Source: an uncultured virus (IMG/VR IMGVR_UViG_2839031043_000001) | Lineage: Duplodnaviria > Heunggongvirae > Uroviricota > Caudoviricetes | IMG/VR virus record: IMGVR_UViG_2839031043_000001 | Length of the DNA stretch: 64,000 bases | Reading direction: 5' to 3' (one strand) | Shown here: positions 61,008-64,000 of the stretch, in pieces | Layout of the letters: every line of letters begins with the position of its first letter | Numbering within the stretch: position 1 is the first letter of the stretch | Position numbers and translations under genes: made by a program | Notes under the pieces: generated by a model | What the model saw: the letters and a program-made list of their open reading frames with translations, nothing else | Told to the model about the DNA's origin: nothing | Databases searched by the model: none

Positions 61008-61313
61008 ATGCAATTGTTAATCATGAAACATGTACGCGAACGAATGGCTGAACGTTGTATCACGCATGATGATGTAGTTACAACTATTCAGAATGGTCAT
61101 GTTGTTGAAGCAAAAGAGGGACGTAGTGTGTACACTCATGGTATCATCCGAGTGGTTGCAACAGTACATAACAATGAAATGATTGTTGTATTCACAGTCA
61201 CATACGTTTCATCTTACAACCGTAAAGCGGAAGCACTGGTTATGAAACTAAAAATAACAATCACAGAAGCATATAAAATATTAAGAAATCAAGATGAAGA
61301 AACACCACCTTAA
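61008..61313 (+). CDS. DUF4258-family (RelE/BrnT-like) protein
   Basis: 'KHVRERMAERCIT.DDV..TI..G......VFTV'. Confidence 0.7.
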   Translation: MQLLIMKHVRERMAERCITHDDVVTTIQNGHVVEAKEGRSVYTHGIIRVVATVHNNEMIVVFTVTYVSSYNRKAEALVMKLKITITEAYKILRNQDEETPP

Positions 61314-61451
61314 TACCAACTAAAAACGGGATTGCTAAACAGTAGTCCCGTTTTACACACTATTACAATAAGCGTATAATGATTACCAACGAATAGGCAT
61401 ATCATATAGAGAAGTCTTACAGTCTATAATCAATATTCAAGGAGGCATACT

Positions 61452-61673
61452 ATGAGCACATGCCCAATTTGTAATACTGGAACACTGGAGCCAATATATA
61501 AATCCTTTTCATATCAACGTGGATCAACCACTCATATTATCCCAAATGTTAGGCATTTAGTTTGTAATCATTGCGAACAGGATTTTGTAGACGAGGAAGG
61601 ATCGAAGGTAATTGATCAATATGTAGCAAATGAACCTGAATCTACTCAAGACCAGAATGAGAATGTGGGATAA
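61452..61673 (+). CDS. YgiT/MqsA-type zinc finger protein
   Basis: CPIC..G......Y.G....IPNV...VC..C. Confidence 0.8.
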   Translation: MSTCPICNTGTLEPIYKSFSYQRGSTTHIIPNVRHLVCNHCEQDFVDEEGSKVIDQYVANEPESTQDQNENVG

Positions 61674-61724
61674 CATTCATATAATAGTAGTACGAAGCCC
61701 AATACAACGGGCTTTTTTGTTTTA

Positions 61725-61769
61725 ATATCTAAAAATATACTGCAAAAACAAACGAATCTATGTTATAAT
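61725..61769 (+). promoter_or_regulatory. Promoter with ATATCTAAAAATA box 26 bp upstream of TGTTATAAT
   Basis: Box 61725-61737; TATAAT 61764-61769. Confidence 0.75.
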
Positions 61770-61784
61770 ATTCATGTAAGGGAG

Positions 61785-61988
61785 ATGGGAAACGAGGTGA
61801 GACACTTGGACATCTTACACTTCACTGTTACTTACATTCTACCCATTGCATCCTTTCTCCTAGCTTTCACCACATACATACACAACGAGAAACGAGCTAG
61901 AAGACAGGAGCGTGAGAAGAAGCGTATACAGCCAGAAACGCAAAATGGTGGACTTCCTCCACGAAAGGAAACCCACCACAAACGCTAA
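61785..61988 (+). CDS. Small single-TM protein with a basic tail
   Basis: Behind the boxed promoter; hydrophobic stretch then an R/K-rich tail; start uncertain. Confidence 0.5.
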   Translation: MGNEVRHLDILHFTVTYILPIASFLLAFTTYIHNEKRARRQEREKKRIQPETQNGGLPPRKETHHKR

Positions 61989-62109
61989 ACTTCTTGCTAT
62001 AAGAGAGTGCTTGTACAGGCTCTCTTATTCCCTTACATTGTATTATATGCAAGAACATATTGTTTTACAACTGATTCACATAAACAAATTCAAGAAAGGA
62101 GAATTCCAC

Positions 62110-62274
62110 ATGAGAACAAAGCTAGTATATGTATTCCTTATCATTGCAGCTTCTTTAATTCTTATGAATCTAATCACCTTAACTGGATTGTTCATCAAAG
62201 CATTAATCATCTTAAGCATTCTAACTATCATCATATCTGTTATTGGATTCTTTAAGCATGGGAAAAGGGAGTAA
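62110..62274 (+). CDS. Small two-TM membrane protein (start MRTKLV)
   Basis: RBS AAAGGAG; two hydrophobic helices. Confidence 0.55.
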   Translation: MRTKLVYVFLIIAASLILMNLITLTGLFIKALIILSILTIIISVIGFFKHGKRE

Positions 62275-62299
62275 GTAATCATACAAAGGAGGATTCATA

Positions 62300-63535
62300 T
62301 TGTCTCAAACACCAAAAATCAAAGTGGTCGATTCAATCATGGGAAGCGGGAAAACTTCAGCAGCCATTAATTTAATGAATCAGGATACAGAGCATAATTA
62401 TATATTCATTACACCATATTTATCAGAGGTTGAGCGTATCAAAAAGTCTTGCTCTGACAGACGATTCTTTGAACCTAAGATTAAATCAGTCAATGGAGAG
62501 TTGCATGGTAAATTTGACTCACTGCATGATCTGCTTAAATGGAATAAAAATATTGCATCTACTCATGCATTATTTAGACGTTCCAATGAAGAGACAAGGG
62601 AACTTATACATGCTGGAAACTACGTTTTGATTTTAGATGAGGTAATGGACGTTGTAGAGCAATTTGAAATGAAAAAATCAGATATGAAAATGCTTTTTGA
62701 GTATGGTTTACTTTCGATTGAAGATAATTACATTGTATGGAATGATGATAATCCACAAGCTAAAGAGTACGATGGTGTTTTCAATGATTTAAAACAAATG
62801 GCTCTCAATAAAAATCTTATATTTTACCGTGATACAATTTTGATTTGGACGTTTCCAGTAGATATATTTAAAAGTTTCAAAGAGGTATACATACTAACTT
62901 ACTTGTTTGATGCACAGATTCAACGTTATTATTATGATTTGAATGGCATACAATTTGAAAAGTATATAGCAGCAAATGAAAGCGACTCGTATATATTTAA
63001 AAAGAATGTTGATCACTCTGACAGGTTACTTAAAGCTGAACTAAAGAATAAGATTAAAATTTACGATGGGAACTTAAATGATATTGGTGCCATTGATTAT
63101 TCATTGTCTAAATCTTGGTATAGGAAAAGAAGAGAAGCACTTACTAAGTTGAAAAAGAACACAGAAAACTATTTCAAGCACAAAACAAAAACTACCTCAC
63201 AACAAAATATGTGGACTACTTATGATGACTTTTTCTCGAAAATTAAAGGCAATGGATACACAAAAGGGTATGTCGTTTGTAATTCTCGTGCAACTAATGA
63301 GCATAGAAGCAAGACAAATCTTGCATATTTGGTAAATAGGTTTGTTAATCCAATCATCTATGGTTTTTTTGAAGAAAAGGGAATTAGAATCAATCAAGAA
63401 ATGTACGCAGTATCAGAACTATTGCAATGGGTATGGAGAAGTGCTATAAGAGATGGTGAGGAAGTTAGTTTGTATTTACCCAGTAAGAGGATGCGTAATT
63501 TGTTTATTCAATGGCTAGAAGATGAAATTAAATGA
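62300..63535 (+). CDS. SF2-like P-loop ATPase/helicase
   Basis: DSIMGSGKT (Walker A), LILDEV (Walker B), ELLQWVWRSAIR. Confidence 0.75.
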   Translation: MSQTPKIKVVDSIMGSGKTSAAINLMNQDTEHNYIFITPYLSEVERIKKSCSDRRFFEPKIKSVNGELHGKFDSLHDLLKWNKNIASTHALFRRSNEETRELIHAGNYVLILDEVMDVVEQFEMKKSDMKMLFEYGLLSIEDNYIVWNDDNPQAKEYDGVFNDLKQMALNKNLIFYRDTILIWTFPVDIFKSFKEVYILTYLFDAQIQRYYYDLNGIQFEKYIAANESDSYIFKKNVDHSDRLLKAELKNKIKIYDGNLNDIGAIDYSLSKSWYRKRREALTKLKKNTENYFKHKTKTTSQQNMWTTYDDFFSKIKGNGYTKGYVVCNSRATNEHRSKTNLAYLVNRFVNPIIYGFFEEKGIRINQEMYAVSELLQWVWRSAIRDGEEVSLYLPSKRMRNLFIQWLEDEIK

Positions 63536-63866
63536 TTTGCCAGAATGAACCTTCCAAATGTAAAAAATAGTCCTTGTGTATCAAGGGTTTCAAGCGTTCA
63601 CCCTTAAGAAAACATATATTAAAATATACAATAAAGAGATTTGAATATTAGCTATAGGAAACTAAATGTTCAACTTTTTGATTTATGGTATACGGCACTA
63701 AGGTGACAAATTTATAATCAAAAGACCGTCATTCACACAGTTCCTTACGTCACTGTGTTCATTCTTCGAATTCATAAGCTACACTAGCGTTCCGCTTACT
63801 CATTCGTGATATATCTCTTCTCTTTGACCAGTATTCTAATCTGGTCTTATTTTATTCCTGAAAATT

Positions 63867-63921
63867 ATATCTAAAAATATATGATAAAATGGTTGATAAC
63901 CTAGTTATATTCAGTTATAAT
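63867..63921 (+). promoter_or_regulatory. ATATCTAAAAATA box plus sigma-A promoter TTGATA-17-TATAAT
   Basis: Box 63867-63879; -35 63893-63898; -10 63916-63921. Confidence 0.75.
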
Positions 63922-63957
63922 AAGAGTAACAAAACAAACGAAGCGGGGTAATGAAAA

Positions 63958-64000
63958 ATGTCTCAAACACAATTAGCTGTAGCAAAGTCAAAAATTCAAC
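63958..64000 (+). CDS. Partial CDS running off the window (MSQTQLAVAKSKIQ...)
   Basis: ATG after GCGGGG and the promoter. Confidence 0.45.
   Translation, partial: MSQTQLAVAKSKIQ

Overview
The whole window is part of a large SPbeta-like temperate siphophage or prophage of a spore-forming Firmicute. The host is probably Paenibacillaceae, inferred from the SASP gene, the Alo-type agr cassette and the tail-gene style. No host chromosomal genes or att site are evident. Minus strand, about 53.5 kb to 6.6 kb, is the late/structural arm: YonO-type single-subunit RNA polymerase, HU, YonK, YonJ-like phosphoesterase, terminase, portal, protease/scaffold, capsid, head-tail and tail genes, an embedded tyrosine recombinase, tape measure, a Dit split over two genes, a Tal/spike with a gp5-like tip, a PAAR protein, LamG/discoidin/DNRLRE adhesion proteins and a lysis cassette. 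Plus strand, from 53.6 kb: a second tyrosine-recombinase-fold gene, a RecD2-like helicase, a primase-like protein, a G-rich to C-rich non-coding switch, and small genes driven by promoters sharing an ATATCTAAAAATA box. The left accessory region (0-6.6 kb) is the most notable. It holds a complete agr/Alo-like peptide-signalling cassette (kinase-less receptor, AgrB, an unannotated 45-aa AgrD, two stand-alone LytTR proteins and a second orphan receptor). It also holds a candidate ~680-nt multi-pseudoknotted non-coding RNA directly upstream of a CoiA-like nuclease, and a SASP gene. Several 10-N scaffold gaps break ORFs artificially. All calls come from reading the sequence; no database searches were run.
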